From the NCBI GenBank assembly GCA_963706595.1, contig OY970166.1, positions 864,001 through 928,000 on the forward strand: a stretch of DNA of 64,000 bases, in the 5' to 3' direction. Position numbers and translations under genes: made by a program. A model generated the notes under the pieces. It did no database searches and had not been told where the DNA came from. It saw nothing but the letters and a program-made list of their open reading frames with translations. Shown here one piece after another: positions 21,317-33,401 of the stretch. The stretch is from an uncultured cyanobacterium. GTDB taxonomy: Bacteria; Cyanobacteriota; Cyanobacteriia; Cyanobacteriales; Nostocaceae. Position 1 is the first letter of the stretch; every line of letters begins with the position of its first letter.

Positions 21317-21492
21317 GAGTTGAGCGTTAAAGCATTTGTGTTCTATTACTAGAGCATTGCCCCCAGCAAAAGCTAATCTATAACATAGTGACTTGTTAAG
21401 TTAAATTAAACCATAGCGATGATTAACCTTAATAAATAGGTAAAATCGAATTTTTGTATCAAATGATTCAAGTTTACAGGAGTAAACATACC

Positions 21493-22188
21493 ATGCAACA
21501 ACTTGCAGCCGAATTAAAAATTGATTTTCAGACCGAAGAATACAAAGATGCCTACAGCCGCATTAATGCGATTGTGATTGAAGGCGAACAAGAAGCTCAT
21601 GACAATTACATCACATTGGGAGAAATGCTCCCAGAGCTTAAAGATGAACTGATTCGGTTATCGAAAATGGAAAGTCGCCACAAAAAGGGTTTTGAAGCTT
21701 GTGGGCGGAATCTGTCGGTAACACCAGATATGCCCTTTGCTCAGAAGTTTTTCAGTGGACTACACGAAAATTTCCAGAAAGCGGCGGCTGAAGGTCAAGT
21801 AGTGACTTGCTTACTGATTCAATCTTTGATTATTGAATGCTTTGCGATCGCAGCATACAACATCTACATTCCCGTAGCCGATGATTTTGCCCGTAAAATC
21901 ACAGAGGGAGTAGTAAAAGATGAATACAGTCACCTCAACTTTGGGGAAGTTTGGTTAAAAGAAAACTTTGCAGAATCCAAAGAGGAATTAGAAGCAGCTA
22001 ATCGCCAAAACCTGCCCATTGTTTGGAGAATGCTCAACGAAGTCGCAGATGATGCTCACGTCTTAGCAATGGAAAAAGAAGCTTTGGTCGAAGACTTCAT
22101 GATTCAGTACGGTGAAACTTTGAATAACATTGGCTTCACTACCAGAGACATCATGAAAATGTCAGCCTACGGACTCACCGCCGCTTAA
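21493..22188 (+). CDS. ado: aldehyde deformylating oxygenase
   Basis: [27 protein letters not shown] before ATG at 21493. Confidence 0.97.
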   Translation: MQQLAAELKIDFQTEEYKDAYSRINAIVIEGEQEAHDNYITLGEMLPELKDELIRLSKMESRHKKGFEACGRNLSVTPDMPFAQKFFSGLHENFQKAAAEGQVVTCLLIQSLIIECFAIAAYNIYIPVADDFARKITEGVVKDEYSHLNFGEVWLKENFAESKEELEAANRQNLPIVWRMLNEVADDAHVLAMEKEALVEDFMIQYGETLNNIGFTTRDIMKMSAYGLTAA

Positions 22189-22340
22189 TTAAGTGCTGAG
22201 TCATTAAAACCTGCAATTGAGCATTGCCTGTCACCCTGATGCATCTTACGCTTTGTTTCCTCTTTTTCAGGATTTGATCAATTTGAAATGATAATCCGAC
22301 AGATACCATCTGGGAAACTAGGATAGAGTCGGATTTTCTT

Positions 22341-22435
22341 AATTACGAATTACGAATTACGAATTACGAATTACGAATTACGAATTACAAATTACGAATT
22401 ACAAATTACGAATTACGAATTACGAATTACGAATT
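22341..22435. repeat. AATTACG heptamer tandem array
   Basis: about 13 copies between ado and aar. Confidence 0.95.
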
Positions 22436-22499
22436 GGTATTTAATTCTTGCCCACTTATTCAACGCTTTCGACAAAGCACACGCCTAATACATCAATAC

Positions 22500-23537
22500 A
22501 TGTTTGGTCTAATTGGACATTTGACTAGTTTAGAACACGCTCAATCGGTAGCCAAAGAATTGGGTTATCCAGAATATGCCGATCAAGGGCTAGATTTTTG
22601 GTGCAGCGCCCCGCCGCAAATTGTCGATGAAATCACAGTTACCAGTATAACTGGGCAGACAATTGAAGGACGGTATGTAGAATCTTGTTTTTTGCCGGAA
22701 ATGTTGGCTAATCGCCGCATCAAGGCCGCAACACGCAAAATTCTCAACGCTATGGCTCATGCTCAAAAACATGGCATAAATATCACTGCTTTAGGGGGAT
22801 TTTCCTCAATTATTTTTGAGAACTTTAAATTAGAGCAGTTTAGCCAAGTCCGCAATATCAAACTAGAGTTTGAACGCTTCACCACCGGAAATACTCACAC
22901 GGCTTACATTATTTGTCGCCAAGTGGAACAAGCGTCGAAACAAATAGGAATTGATTTGTCGAAAGCGACTGTTGCTATATGTGGCGCAACGGGAGATATT
23001 GGCAGCGCCGTTACACGCTGGCTAGATGCCAGAACAGATGTTAAGGAACTTTTGCTCATCGCCCGCAATCATGAACGTCTCAAAGACCTACAAGACGAAC
23101 TGGGGCGAGGAAAAATCATGGCTTTGGATGAAGCATTACCTGAAGCTGATATTGTAGTTTGGGTTGCTAGTATGCCCAAAAGCATGGAAATTGATTTTCA
23201 AGTCTTGAAGCGGCCTTCTTTGCTGATTGATGGCGGCTATCCGAAAAACTTAGCGACTAAAATTCAATATCCTGGTGTCCACGTTCTAAACGGTGGGATT
23301 GTCGAACATTCTCTTGATATTGACTGGAAGATTATGAAAATAGTCAATATGGATGTGCCAGCCCGCCAGTTGTTTGCTTGTTTTGCCGAATCGATGCTGC
23401 TGGAATTTGAGAAGTTATACACGAACTTTTCTTGGGGGCGGAATCAGATTACCGTAGACAAAATGGAGCAGATTGGTCAAGCATCAATCAAACACGGTTT
23501 TAGACCACTGCTAGTTGAGTCCTTAGTCGTTAACTAG
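22500..23537 (+). CDS. aar: long-chain acyl-ACP reductase
   Basis: [15 protein letters not shown]-terminus, [16 protein letters not shown]. Confidence 0.97.
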   Translation: MFGLIGHLTSLEHAQSVAKELGYPEYADQGLDFWCSAPPQIVDEITVTSITGQTIEGRYVESCFLPEMLANRRIKAATRKILNAMAHAQKHGINITALGGFSSIIFENFKLEQFSQVRNIKLEFERFTTGNTHTAYIICRQVEQASKQIGIDLSKATVAICGATGDIGSAVTRWLDARTDVKELLLIARNHERLKDLQDELGRGKIMALDEALPEADIVVWVASMPKSMEIDFQVLKRPSLLIDGGYPKNLATKIQYPGVHVLNGGIVEHSLDIDWKIMKIVNMDVPARQLFACFAESMLLEFEKLYTNFSWGRNQITVDKMEQIGQASIKHGFRPLLVESLVVN

Positions 23538-23622
23538 GACTTCTAAGTAAATCACAGCCTATAGTCCATGCCCTACATCCCCACCTTAAATAACTCCACA
23601 CTCAACACTCTTAACTTGTACG

Positions 23623-24603
23623 ATGGCAACTACCGAGCGCAAACCACTACTGTTAGATTTTGAAAAGCCACTAGCAGAACTGGCAAACCGAATTGATCAA
23701 ATTCGGCAACTTGCAGAAGAAAATGGCGTTGATGTTTCTGGTGAAATTCGCAAACTAGAAGCACGGGCTATGGAACTACGGGAGGAAATTTTTAGTAATT
23801 TATCACCGTCTCAGCGCCTGCAAGTAGCTCGTCATCCTCGTCGCCCTAGTACTCTTGATTACATTCAGGCCATTAGTGATGAATGGATGGAGTTACATGG
23901 CGATCGCTGCGGTGGTGACGATCCAGCCTTAGTTGGTGGTGTAGGTCGTTTGGGCGGGCAACCAGTGGTAATGTTAGGTCATCAAAAAGGCCGCGATACT
24001 AAAGATAATGTCGCCCGTAACTTCGGTATGGCTTCCCCTGGTGGTTATCGTAAAGCGCTGCGCTTGATGGAACACGCCAATAAATTTGGAATGCCAATTA
24101 TCACTTTTATCGACACCCCCGGCGCTTGGGCAGGCATCGAAGCCGAACACCAAGGACAAGGGGAAGCGATCGCCTATAATTTACGGGAAATGTTTTGCTT
24201 TGATGTGCCAATTATCTGCACAGTCATTGGCGAAGGTGGTTCTGGTGGTGCTTTAGGTATTGGCGTAGGCGATCGCCTGATGATGTTTGAACACGCCGTT
24301 TATACCGTTGCTACCCCCGAAGCCTGTGCCGCCATTCTGTGGAAAGATTCTAGCAAATCTCCCCAAGCAGCTGTGGCTCTCAAAATTATTTCCCATGACC
24401 TAAAAAACTTGGGCATCATCGACGAAATATTACCTGAACCCACTGGTGGCGCTCATTCTGACCCACTCAAAGCCGCCACAACCCTCAAGCAAAGCTTATT
24501 AGACAACTTAGACCAACTCAATCGGTTAACATCTCCAGAACGTCGGCAACTACGCTATGAAAAATTCCGCAAAATTGGTGTTTTTACTGAAGTTGCCCAC
24601 TAA
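23623..24603 (+). CDS. accA: acetyl-CoA carboxylase carboxyltransferase alpha subunit
   Basis: [22 protein letters not shown]. Confidence 0.97.
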   Translation: MATTERKPLLLDFEKPLAELANRIDQIRQLAEENGVDVSGEIRKLEARAMELREEIFSNLSPSQRLQVARHPRRPSTLDYIQAISDEWMELHGDRCGGDDPALVGGVGRLGGQPVVMLGHQKGRDTKDNVARNFGMASPGGYRKALRLMEHANKFGMPIITFIDTPGAWAGIEAEHQGQGEAIAYNLREMFCFDVPIICTVIGEGGSGGALGIGVGDRLMMFEHAVYTVATPEACAAILWKDSSKSPQAAVALKIISHDLKNLGIIDEILPEPTGGAHSDPLKAATTLKQSLLDNLDQLNRLTSPERRQLRYEKFRKIGVFTEVAH

Positions 24604-24648
24604 TCCTGCGAGAAAATAACCGCTTTACTCATCAGCAATGCTATAATG

Positions 24649-24697
24649 CCTATGGCTACTTAAAGATTTTTAACAATCTCAATAGCCATAGGTTTTT
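24649..24697 (+). terminator. hairpin with T-tract downstream of accA
   Basis: CCTATGGCTA ... TAGCCATAGG followed by TTTTT. Confidence 0.55.
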
Positions 24698-24977
24698 GTA
24701 TTTTAAGCAAATCAACTTGATTTGATTCAGTGATTTGCCTGTTATTCAGTAATCACATTTAAATCTATGACATAATTTCCCAGTTAAACATTTGTTATCC
24801 TGACTGGGAAAATACCTGACGGGAAAAAATACCCACGCTGACGGAAAAAATTAGTAGTTAGTTATCAACCGGAAATCATCGGAAATTCAGGTTAGTTAAA
24901 TTTAACCAATCCGCAAGATTTGGATAATTGGCTGGTGGAAAAAAGCTTTCAGAACTGCCAAAAAATTTGGAGACAGC

Positions 24978-25700
24978 ATGAGTCTTGAGAAACGACGCGC
25001 CCTGATTACTGGGGCTAGTAGTGGAATTGGCAAAGCAACGGCTTTAGCATTTGCCAAGGCGGGAATTGATGTCGCCTTAGTCAGCCGTTCTTTGGATAAG
25101 TTGGAGACAGTAGCCCAAGCAGCTAGGCATACCGGAGTAACAGCCAAAGCTTACGCTGTTGATCTTGCTAATGTCACTCAAGTCAAAGCCAAAATCGAGG
25201 CGATCGCCCTTGACTTTGGGGGCATAGATATCTTGGTAAACAATGCGGGCATAGCATACACAGCCAACTTAAGTGAAACCCCCTTAGAAGATTGGCAGCA
25301 AGTAATCAACTTGAACCTCACCAGCGTATTTCAATGCATGATGGGAATTCTGCCCGGAATGCGCGATCGCCACACAGGCACAATCATTAACGTAGCCTCA
25401 ATTGCCGCCAAGCAACCCTTTCCCGGTTGGGGAGCATACAGCGTCAGCAAAGCAAGTATCATGGTACTTTCGCAAACCTTGGCACAAGAAGAACGCGCCC
25501 ACGGCATTCGTGTCACAGCCATTTGTCCTGGTGCTGTCAACACCGAACTGTGGGACACAAAAACCGTCCAGTCCAATTTTGACCGTTCAAAAATGTTAAC
25601 GCCAGAAGTTGTTGCTCAATCAATTCTCTACGCAGCTTTACTACCACAGCAAGCCGTCATTGACGAATTGACCCTAATGCCCAGTGCTGGCGCTCTTTAA
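24978..25700 (+). CDS. short-chain dehydrogenase/reductase
   Basis: TGASSGIG, NNAG, YSVSK. Confidence 0.93.
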   Translation: MSLEKRRALITGASSGIGKATALAFAKAGIDVALVSRSLDKLETVAQAARHTGVTAKAYAVDLANVTQVKAKIEAIALDFGGIDILVNNAGIAYTANLSETPLEDWQQVINLNLTSVFQCMMGILPGMRDRHTGTIINVASIAAKQPFPGWGAYSVSKASIMVLSQTLAQEERAHGIRVTAICPGAVNTELWDTKTVQSNFDRSKMLTPEVVAQSILYAALLPQQAVIDELTLMPSAGAL

Positions 25701-25783
25701 CTCTTTGCGCCTAGTGCGTGAGAAACATAGCTATTCTCAATCAACAACGCTAATAATTCAAACCTTAGCCAAGTAATCACATC

Positions 25784-26491
25784 ATGACTATTGCGAGTTC
25801 CAACGGTTCCAATCGCTCCAAATCTCCTCTCAGCCCCGACTTAGTAGAAGCCATCAGCCCCAAACCCGACCGCAACACCCATAACGGACGACAACCGAAT
25901 TTGCACCCACCGTCAGCGGAAGAAATGGAGTCAATGATGGAGGGCGTAAGAGCAATCATAGTAGGCGTGGGAGAAGACCCCGAAAGAGAAGGACTGCTAA
26001 AAACACCCAAACGTGTAGCAGAAGCCATGCAGTTTCTCACCAGTGGCTACAACCAATCTCTAGAAGAACTCCTTAACGATGCCATCTTTGATGAAGGTCA
26101 TAACGAGATGGTATTAGTCCGGGATATTAACTTCTTTAGCCTCTGCGAACACCACATGCTGCCTTTTATGGGTAAAGCCCACGTTGCTTATATCCCCAAC
26201 CAAAAAGTTGTCGGGTTAAGTAAACTGGCTCGGATTGTCGAGATGTATTCTCGACGTTTACAAGTGCAAGAAAGATTAACCCGTCAAATAGCCGAAGCAA
26301 TTCAGACTATTCTCGAACCTCAAGGTGTAGCAGTTGTCATGGAAGCTACCCATATGTGCATGGCAATGCGCGGTGTGCAAAAACCCGGTTCTTGGACTGT
26401 CACCAGCTCAATGGTTGGGGCATTTGAAGAAGATCAAAAAACTCGTGAAGAATTCTTTAACTTGATTCGTCACCAACCCTCATTTTACTAG
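25784..26491 (+). CDS. folE: GTP cyclohydrolase I
   Basis: [31 protein letters not shown]. Confidence 0.97.
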   Translation: MTIASSNGSNRSKSPLSPDLVEAISPKPDRNTHNGRQPNLHPPSAEEMESMMEGVRAIIVGVGEDPEREGLLKTPKRVAEAMQFLTSGYNQSLEELLNDAIFDEGHNEMVLVRDINFFSLCEHHMLPFMGKAHVAYIPNQKVVGLSKLARIVEMYSRRLQVQERLTRQIAEAIQTILEPQGVAVVMEATHMCMAMRGVQKPGSWTVTSSMVGAFEEDQKTREEFFNLIRHQPSFY

Positions 26492-26497
26492 TGATTA

Positions 26498-26706
26498 GGG
26501 AGTGGGGAGTGGGGAGTGGGGAATTTAAGAGGCAGGGGAGCAGGGAGCAGGGAGCGGGGGTGAGTTAGAAATTACTTGACATTCTAGGCTGGCTGCTTAA
26601 TAACTTTTCCTCTTCTCCCCTGCACCCTGCCCCCTTTCCTCTTCTCCCCTGCCCCCTGCCCCCTTTCCTCTTCTCCCCTACTCCCTACTCCCTACTCCCT
26701 ACTCCC
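26498..26706. repeat. STRR-type G-rich and C-rich heptamer repeats
   Basis: GGGAGTG, GGGAGCA, CCCCTGC and CCCTACT tandems; overlap the trpF stop. Confidence 0.8.
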
Positions 26707-27324
26707 TAAATTCTCAAACAACAGTGCTACTTTATCTAAATCCTTATCACCGGGTTTAAGTTCTACACCGCTAGATAAATCTATCCCGTCGGGTTTGACT
26801 TGATTTAAGGCAGTCACTACATTATCTGGCGTTAGTCCCCCAGCTAATAACCAAGGACAACTGGGTTGAAATTGTTCTAACATCTGCCAGTCTAGAGTTT
26901 GTCCTGTACCTCCCAACTGTTGGGGATGATAAGCATCAAGTAGTAAGGTGTCTATATATTTGGTGTAATTCGAGGCTTGAGCCAAATGTTCAAGACTGCG
27001 AACTCTAAAAGCCTTAAGAATTTCTACATTTGGGAGACTTTGACGTAACAGTGAGCAAAATTCTGGGGATTCGTCTCCGTGTAACTGAACACCAGTCAAT
27101 CCAGAATCGATCACTATTTGGCTAATTTCCGAAATGCTCGTATTGGCAAAAACTCCGATTTTGTCAATATTTGACGGTAATTGCGCCACCAACTCCCGAA
27201 TTTGCTGTGAGGTAACGTAGCGGGGTGAGGTGGGTACACAAATAAATCCTAGTGCAGTTGCGCCCAGATTGGCGATCGCTACAGACTGTTGAAGTTGAGT
27301 AATGCCGCAAATTTTAACCCGCAT
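26692..27324 (-). CDS. trpF: phosphoribosylanthranilate isomerase
   Basis: VKICGIT, VQLHGDE, GGTG, LAGGL, DLSSGVE. Confidence 0.96.
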   Translation of the reverse strand: MRVKICGITQLQQSVAIANLGATALGFICVPTSPRYVTSQQIRELVAQLPSNIDKIGVFANTSISEISQIVIDSGLTGVQLHGDESPEFCSLLRQSLPNVEILKAFRVRSLEHLAQASNYTKYIDTLLLDAYHPQQLGGTGQTLDWQMLEQFQPSCPWLLAGGLTPDNVVTALNQVKPDGIDLSSGVELKPGDKDLDKVALLFENLGSRE

Positions 27325-27449
27325 ATAAATTTTAGATATTGGTAACTGAAAATAAAGGTCGAAAATTCACGAATAATTTTCGGTTGTTTGCTGTGGAACT
27401 TTATAATTTTGGAGGACTACATTAATTTTGTCATTTAGGAGATACCAGT

Positions 27450-27701
27450 TTGTTTTTATCAACCTTACTAGCCGCCGCATCTGTTCCCGTGACACCCGAA
27501 TGGACTCCCACGGTAGGAATCATTATTAGCGCTAGCAGCTTTGTAGTTCTTTTGCTAACTCTCAAAATTCAGTATCCTTTGGTAGGCCCCAAGTTGCCTA
27601 TCCTGCCTATCAGCATTCCCGCATTTATCGGCGCAATGGCTTTCGGTCATGTGGTCGGCATTGGTATTGTCTTAGGGCTGACTAATATCGGTCGTCTGTA
27701 G
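27450..27701 (+). CDS. psaK: photosystem I subunit PsaK
   Basis: two TM helices; [26 protein letters not shown] with TTG start. Confidence 0.88.
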   Translation: MFLSTLLAAASVPVTPEWTPTVGIIISASSFVVLLLTLKIQYPLVGPKLPILPISIPAFIGAMAFGHVVGIGIVLGLTNIGRL

Positions 27702-27712
27702 ATTTAGCAGTT

Positions 27713-27980
<268 letters not shown>

Positions 27981-28148
27981 CATGGAACTATTGAATTTAG
28001 CATGGTCAGATTTTTTGTAATCACTCCCACAGAAGAGGGAGAAACTAACCTTCCCTTTGAGGGAGGATTCGGTAACTTCATCCGGCGGAGTATTTACATG
28101 GCTGAGAACTGACAGCTAAATCAGTCTGTTCATGCAGGAGAAAGAACC

Positions 28149-28433
28149 ATGATCTCATTCTCATCAATGTTATTCGCAGTCCAAGTTACTGTTCCCAATA
28201 CCGGCACTACATGGAATTGGATTGGCACTCCCATTATTATTGGCAGTTGTCTATTATGCCTTCTGATTATTCCCCGCACTATTAGCTACCCTCACGTTGG
28301 GAATAAAATGCCTTTACCTTTTCCAGGACTTTTCAACAATCCCAGCGTCGGTTCCTTCCTGGCGGCTATGAGTGCTGGCCATCTGATTGGTATCGGTGCT
28401 GTTTTGGGCTTGACCAATCTCGGCATTATTTGA
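28149..28433 (+). CDS. psaK: second, divergent PsaK paralog
   Basis: [29 protein letters not shown]. Confidence 0.8.
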   Translation: MISFSSMLFAVQVTVPNTGTTWNWIGTPIIIGSCLLCLLIIPRTISYPHVGNKMPLPFPGLFNNPSVGSFLAAMSAGHLIGIGAVLGLTNLGII

Positions 28434-28607
28434 CGGCGGAAATCCCCACCCTCAGCTATTTGTCCTGGGGGTCGGGAATATGTCAACCTAGAAGTTAGGA
28501 CATCTCAGACTATTTTGGATTTGAGATTTGGAATTAAATTTTATGTATAAAAAAACTGCACATTTTTAGGATTAATTTCGGCAAATATTTAGTTTTAGGA
28601 GAATATA

Positions 28608-29804
28608 GTGCAAACAAATTGGCGCATCGGGTCATTACTTGGCATCCCGTTATTTTTAGACCCACTGTGGTTTGTAATTTTAGGGCTGGCTACGCTTAAT
28701 TTTGGTATAGCTTACCAGGAATGGGGTACTGCTATCGGTTGGAGTGCTGGAATGGTGATGGCATTGCTGCTGTTTGCTTCGGTATTATTACACGAGTTGG
28801 GTCACAGTTTGGCGGCGCGATCGCAAGGTATTAGAGTAAACTCAATTACTCTGTTTATGTTTGGTGGGGTGGCGGCTATTGAAGAAGAATCAAAAACCCC
28901 AGGAAAAGCCTTTCAAGTCGCCATCGCCGGACCTTTAGTAAGTATTGCCCTCTTTTTGCTATTTAGCCTAGCTACTAACATTACGCCCGCATCTACCCCC
29001 CTTTCGGCAATGGTGACAGATTTGGCGAGAATTAATTTAGTTGTCGCCTTATTTAACCTGATTCCCGGTTTACCTCTAGATGGGGGACAAGTTTTAAAAG
29101 CCGCCCTGTGGAAAATCTCAGGGAACCGCTTTCAAGCTGTACATTGGGCTGCGAGGTCTGGGCAGATTTTAGGTTATAGTGCGATCGCTCTAGGATTAGC
29201 TGTAGACTTCTTCACCAGAGAGTTAATTACTGGTTTGTGGATTGCTTTAATCGGTTGGTTTGCTGTGCGGAATGCTAACAGCTATGATCGCGTCACCACA
29301 TTACAAGAAACTCTACTCAAGGTAATCGCCAGCGATGTGATGACTCGTGATTTTCGCGTAGTCGATGCTGACCAAACTTTACGTGCTTTTGCCGATTCCT
29401 ACCTATTGGACAGCAACGCCCCAAGTATTTATTTTGCTGTATCTGATGGACGTTACCGGGGTATGGTTTCCATTGACGATTTACGCTTAGTAGAAAGAAG
29501 CGAGTGGGAAAACCGCACTGTGCAAAGTATTGTCCATCCTTTAACAGAAATTCCCTCTGTAACTGAATCGATTTCTTTAGCTGAGGTGATAAATAAGTTG
29601 GAAAATGAGCAGTTACCGCGAATTACTGTGCTTTCGCCTGCTGGTACAGTAGCCGGTGTCATTGACCGGGGTGATGTTGTGCGGGAATTAGCGCAAAAGT
29701 TAAGTTTACGCATTACCGATGAGGAAATTAAGCGGATTAAAGAAGAAGGTAGTTATCCGCCAGGGTTGCAATTGGGGGCGATTGCGAAATCAGCGACAAA
29801 TTAA
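28608..29804 (+). CDS. site-2 protease (M50) with CBS domains
   Basis: HELGH and FNLIPGLPLDGG motifs; C-terminal CBS pair. Confidence 0.95.
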   Translation: MQTNWRIGSLLGIPLFLDPLWFVILGLATLNFGIAYQEWGTAIGWSAGMVMALLLFASVLLHELGHSLAARSQGIRVNSITLFMFGGVAAIEEESKTPGKAFQVAIAGPLVSIALFLLFSLATNITPASTPLSAMVTDLARINLVVALFNLIPGLPLDGGQVLKAALWKISGNRFQAVHWAARSGQILGYSAIALGLAVDFFTRELITGLWIALIGWFAVRNANSYDRVTTLQETLLKVIASDVMTRDFRVVDADQTLRAFADSYLLDSNAPSIYFAVSDGRYRGMVSIDDLRLVERSEWENRTVQSIVHPLTEIPSVTESISLAEVINKLENEQLPRITVLSPAGTVAGVIDRGDVVRELAQKLSLRITDEEIKRIKEEGSYPPGLQLGAIAKSATN

Positions 29805-29859
29805 TAGAATACAGAACCTCACCCCCAACCCCTCTCCTTACTAAGGAGAGGGGAGACTG

Positions 29860-30078
29860 TCAAGTTTTCCCGTTGAATAATTGTTTTAAGGTTTCTGGGA
29901 GGTTGGTGATTTCTTGGATGAGGTCGTCGGGACTAAAGCCAAACATATTCAGAATAACAAGAATTACAAAAATAGCGATCGCACTACTCAAAAATGTCTT
30001 GAATACTTTGAGAAAAGCTCGAAAAATGATCAACGCGACAATTAAGGCCGCAATGAGAATTATTATATTAGTGGGCAT
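29860..30078 (-). CDS. small membrane hypothetical protein
   Basis: two hydrophobic helices. Confidence 0.6.
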   Translation of the reverse strand: MPTNIIILIAALIVALIIFRAFLKVFKTFLSSAIAIFVILVILNMFGFSPDDLIQEITNLPETLKQLFNGKT

Positions 30079-30109
30079 AAGTAATTAAGTCTGTATAAAT
30101 CTAATTTTT

Positions 30110-30430
30110 TTAGCTTTGGATAGAAGCGATCGCGATCGCGACATCCTCACGAGTTCCCCCTACAGCTAAAATTGTTTTTACCATCAAATCTAGAGAAACT
30201 GAAGGATCTCCCGCTTCCATCTTGGCTACACGCGATTGACTGGAATTAATTTTCTTAGCCAAATTCGCCTGAGAAAGCTGGTTTTTTAAGCGCAGTTCCT
30301 TCAAATATCTACTTAAAGATAGCTTCATTTCGATAAAAGCTACTTCTTCGGGTAAAAGTTCTAGAAAGTCAGCCGCATCTCCGACACACCAACCAGCTGC
30401 TTCCAAACGTTGACGCTTTACTATATCCAT
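30110..30430 (-). CDS. XRE-family HTH regulator (HigA-like antitoxin)
   Basis: RLEAAGW..LSQANLAKKINSSQSRVAKMEAGDPSVSLD. Confidence 0.88.
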   Translation of the reverse strand: MDIVKRQRLEAAGWCVGDAADFLELLPEEVAFIEMKLSLSRYLKELRLKNQLSQANLAKKINSSQSRVAKMEAGDPSVSLDLMVKTILAVGGTREDVAIAIASIQS

Positions 30431-30560
30431 ATATGTTCTCGAATAAATTAACTCTCCTGCTTGTATTTTTGTTTTTATGTCAAATCTGATATAAAAATAC
30501 TATAGCAGCAATATGATGGCGATCGCACAAAAAGAAACTCAAGTTGCGTTACGCTTCTTC

Positions 30561-30753
30561 AGAGGTTGTTTAAAAAGTTTAATTTATTACAGCCCTGGCG
30601 ACTAGAAGTCGCGGCTATACAAACTAAACCCGCACTTCGACAAGCTCAGTGACCACCTGCGCGGGTTAAAAAACCATTTTTTCATTAGTCCACGCAGGTG
30701 GACTTTGCCTGTGTAGTAGCGAATTCTATTCGCCCAAAACTTTTAAAACTCTC
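30561..30753. mobile_element. composite MITE-like element with nested short repeats
   Basis: AGAGGTTGTTTAAAAAGT ... ACTTTTAAAACTCTC degenerate inverted ends; internal palindromes. Confidence 0.45.
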
Positions 30754-31498
30754 AAACTTTTGCCAAAATTTCATCCCATTCAGACTGGGAGAGGGGTTGT
30801 ACTTGTATCTGCATCGCAAAACAATCACAAGCTGCTGTGATTAAAGCGGTAATAATTTTATCTAAACTTAAATTTTGGGGTAGTTGTATTTTCGTAAAAG
30901 ATTCTGCACCAAACACCTCAGCAAATAATTCTGCATCTGGCTGTAAACGGATGGAACCATGTTGCAAAATTACTTCACCCCGTCGCAGTTGGGCGCTACC
31001 AATGAGTTTACCTCCATCTGGTAAGACTAAATCTGCACTTGTAGCTGTACCAAAACAATTGGGGTTGTGGATATAGCCCCGCCCAGCTGTACCGTAGCGC
31101 AATTCTACACCAAGCGATCGCCATCCTTGAATTAAAAACTCACAAATCTTTTCATATATCTGGAAACGGCTACCAGGTATTTTAGACGTAATCACCGCAT
31201 AAGTTAAATCACCTTGATGTAGAACCGCCCTACCGCCAGTAGGACGACGCACCAAATCTAGTTTTTGTCCTCTCCAAGTCAAATTTTGCCAAAATTCCGG
31301 GTATTGGCGTTGATGATAGCCGAGAGAAATTGCAGGTGGCGACCAAGTATAAAATCGCAGAGTTGGGGGATGCTTTCCAGATTTGTGCTGTTCTAACAAC
31401 CATCTGTCAATCGCCATCTGCACATCGCCAGAAGCTTCTAGCAAAGGAATCAGTCGCCAAACCTGCTTACCATCAAAGTTTTCAATTGGGTTCAACAC
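30752..31498 (-). CDS. lipoate-protein ligase A family protein
   Basis: RRPTGGRAVLH, KLIGSAQ, LQHGS. Confidence 0.92.
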   Translation of the reverse strand: MLNPIENFDGKQVWRLIPLLEASGDVQMAIDRWLLEQHKSGKHPPTLRFYTWSPPAISLGYHQRQYPEFWQNLTWRGQKLDLVRRPTGGRAVLHQGDLTYAVITSKIPGSRFQIYEKICEFLIQGWRSLGVELRYGTAGRGYIHNPNCFGTATSADLVLPDGGKLIGSAQLRRGEVILQHGSIRLQPDAELFAEVFGAESFTKIQLPQNLSLDKIITALITAACDCFAMQIQVQPLSQSEWDEILAKV

Positions 31499-31566
31499 TA
31501 ATATTTAGAGGAGTGCAAGCAATACAATTTGGAACAGTTCAAAGGACAAAGCCTGGGTCAAGGCAT

Positions 31567-32034
31567 TTAAGCAGCGCCAAACTGAGATTGTAAGATTTCA
31601 TCATTTTCATCAGCAATGGTCGCCACAATTGTAACCAGCCGTGAAACTTCCGCCGGAGATAAATCTTCTAGAGTGCGTGTTGATATCACAACTACCCGAT
31701 TCTCAATAATACCAAAACGGGCTTCTAAGGTGTTGGAGCAGTTCATTTCCAAAAGATGACGCATCAACTTGAGTTCATCTTTGACTGGTAAGTTTAGCAC
31801 CGCCGACCAAACTGTGATGGTATCCTCATCACTTTCTCCAGTGAGTTGGATAAAAACTTCCACACTCCCGTATTTAAATTTCCAGAGATAACCATCCTTT
31901 GGGTTGTGGCTCACCATTGCGCTATCATCTTGTTCTAGAGTACCGATGACGTTTTCAATTACTTCCACATGGTTAACGCTCACCGTATCTTCGTTGAATT
32001 CACTGCTGGGTAGGGTTTCTTGGTAGTTTGTCAT
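31567..32034 (-). CDS. YbjN-domain protein
   Basis: WKFKYGSVEV..LLEMN..EARF pattern. Confidence 0.8.
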   Translation of the reverse strand: MTNYQETLPSSEFNEDTVSVNHVEVIENVIGTLEQDDSAMVSHNPKDGYLWKFKYGSVEVFIQLTGESDEDTITVWSAVLNLPVKDELKLMRHLLEMNCSNTLEARFGIIENRVVVISTRTLEDLSPAEVSRLVTIVATIADENDEILQSQFGAA

Positions 32035-32337
32035 ACAGATTTTTTCCCGATTTTGTTACTGTTTCTCTACACATACTTTATCGCCTGTGAGGAAGGTTAG
32101 TTATAGCTGGTTCGCAGAATATTTTAAACTAGGCGATCGCAGTCATACAATTTTAGATTTTAGATTTTAGATTTTGGATTGATTTCACAGATCAATCTGA
32201 GGGCTTATACAACTCAGGAAGTATTGGTCATAAATATGACATTTTATTTTGGCGAAAATTACCTGTAAGATAATTCTTACTGCACCTAAATTAAACAAAT
32301 AGTGCAGCACCGCAAAAGTTTCAGGATGTGCTATAAT

Positions 32338-33387
32338 ATGTCCTCTTTATCCCAAACTGTACAAAATCGTGATGTCCGTCAATTGGGTATTAACCCCAAT
32401 CACTGGTATGTGGTTGCACGTAGTAGCGAAGTAACCAATAAGCCGATAAATGTGGTAATTTGGCAACAGGCGATGGCACTTTATCGAGACAGTGCAGGTA
32501 CAATTCACGCCCTGGAAGACCGTTGTCCCCATCGCCAAGTTAAACTCAGTCACGGGCAAGTAATTGGCAACGAATTAGAATGTGCATATCACGGTTGGCG
32601 CTTCAATTCCGCCGGTGAATGTGCGGCGGTTCCCTACTTAGCAGAAAATCAGAAATTACCCACTTGTCAGATTCGCCATTACCCAGTTAAAGAACAAGAT
32701 GGATTTATTTGGTTATTTCCTGGAGATACTGAACCATCTGTAGAACCTCTGGGTTTACCAGAATGGGAACATCTCAATTATATTGCCACAGTTTCAGTGA
32801 TTAATACTCAAGCCCATTATTCTTATTTAATTGAGAATTTAATGGATATGTATCATGGGCATTTACATCAAGATTTGCAAGCATGGGCAGAAGCTTCTTT
32901 ACAAGATATTGATGAAGATGGTCATCGTGTAGATGCTCATTATATAGCTCAAAGTTATTACAAAATTGATAAAATTTGGTCAATATCGCAGTTATTTTTT
33001 CCCGCACTGAGAAAATTACATCCTGAACCATTAGATGTGAGTTATGTTTATCCTCACTGGGTTTCCACCTTGGGTCAAGACTTTAAAATTTATTGTTTAT
33101 TATGTCCGATAAGTGAAACCGAAACCAAGGCGTATTTAATTCATTTTACATCATTAAATTCCTTTTGGAGATTGCATAAATTGCCTGTGTGGTTTCGGCG
33201 ATTTATTAAAGATAGTTTATTTGGTGCAGCGCAAAAGTTACTTGATGGTTTGGTAGTTCAAGATGTAGAAATGATTGAAGAAGAACAGCAGGCGTATTTG
33301 CAGAATCCCCAAAGGCGAAATTATGAGTTAAATCGGGCGTTGGTAAGTGTGCAGCGTTTGATGCGGAATCAGGTAGAGCAGGGGTAA
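32338..33387 (+). CDS. Rieske non-heme iron oxygenase alpha subunit
   Basis: CPHR..CAYHGW Rieske motif; ENLMDMYHGHLH; start uncertain. Confidence 0.92.
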   Translation: MSSLSQTVQNRDVRQLGINPNHWYVVARSSEVTNKPINVVIWQQAMALYRDSAGTIHALEDRCPHRQVKLSHGQVIGNELECAYHGWRFNSAGECAAVPYLAENQKLPTCQIRHYPVKEQDGFIWLFPGDTEPSVEPLGLPEWEHLNYIATVSVINTQAHYSYLIENLMDMYHGHLHQDLQAWAEASLQDIDEDGHRVDAHYIAQSYYKIDKIWSISQLFFPALRKLHPEPLDVSYVYPHWVSTLGQDFKIYCLLCPISETETKAYLIHFTSLNSFWRLHKLPVWFRRFIKDSLFGAAQKLLDGLVVQDVEMIEEEQQAYLQNPQRRNYELNRALVSVQRLMRNQVEQG

Positions 33388-33401
33388 TTACTCATGAAAT
33401 T

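Noticed and set aside
28020..28140. Riboswitch upstream of the second psaK
   Set aside because: Only short hairpins; no recognisable aptamer consensus
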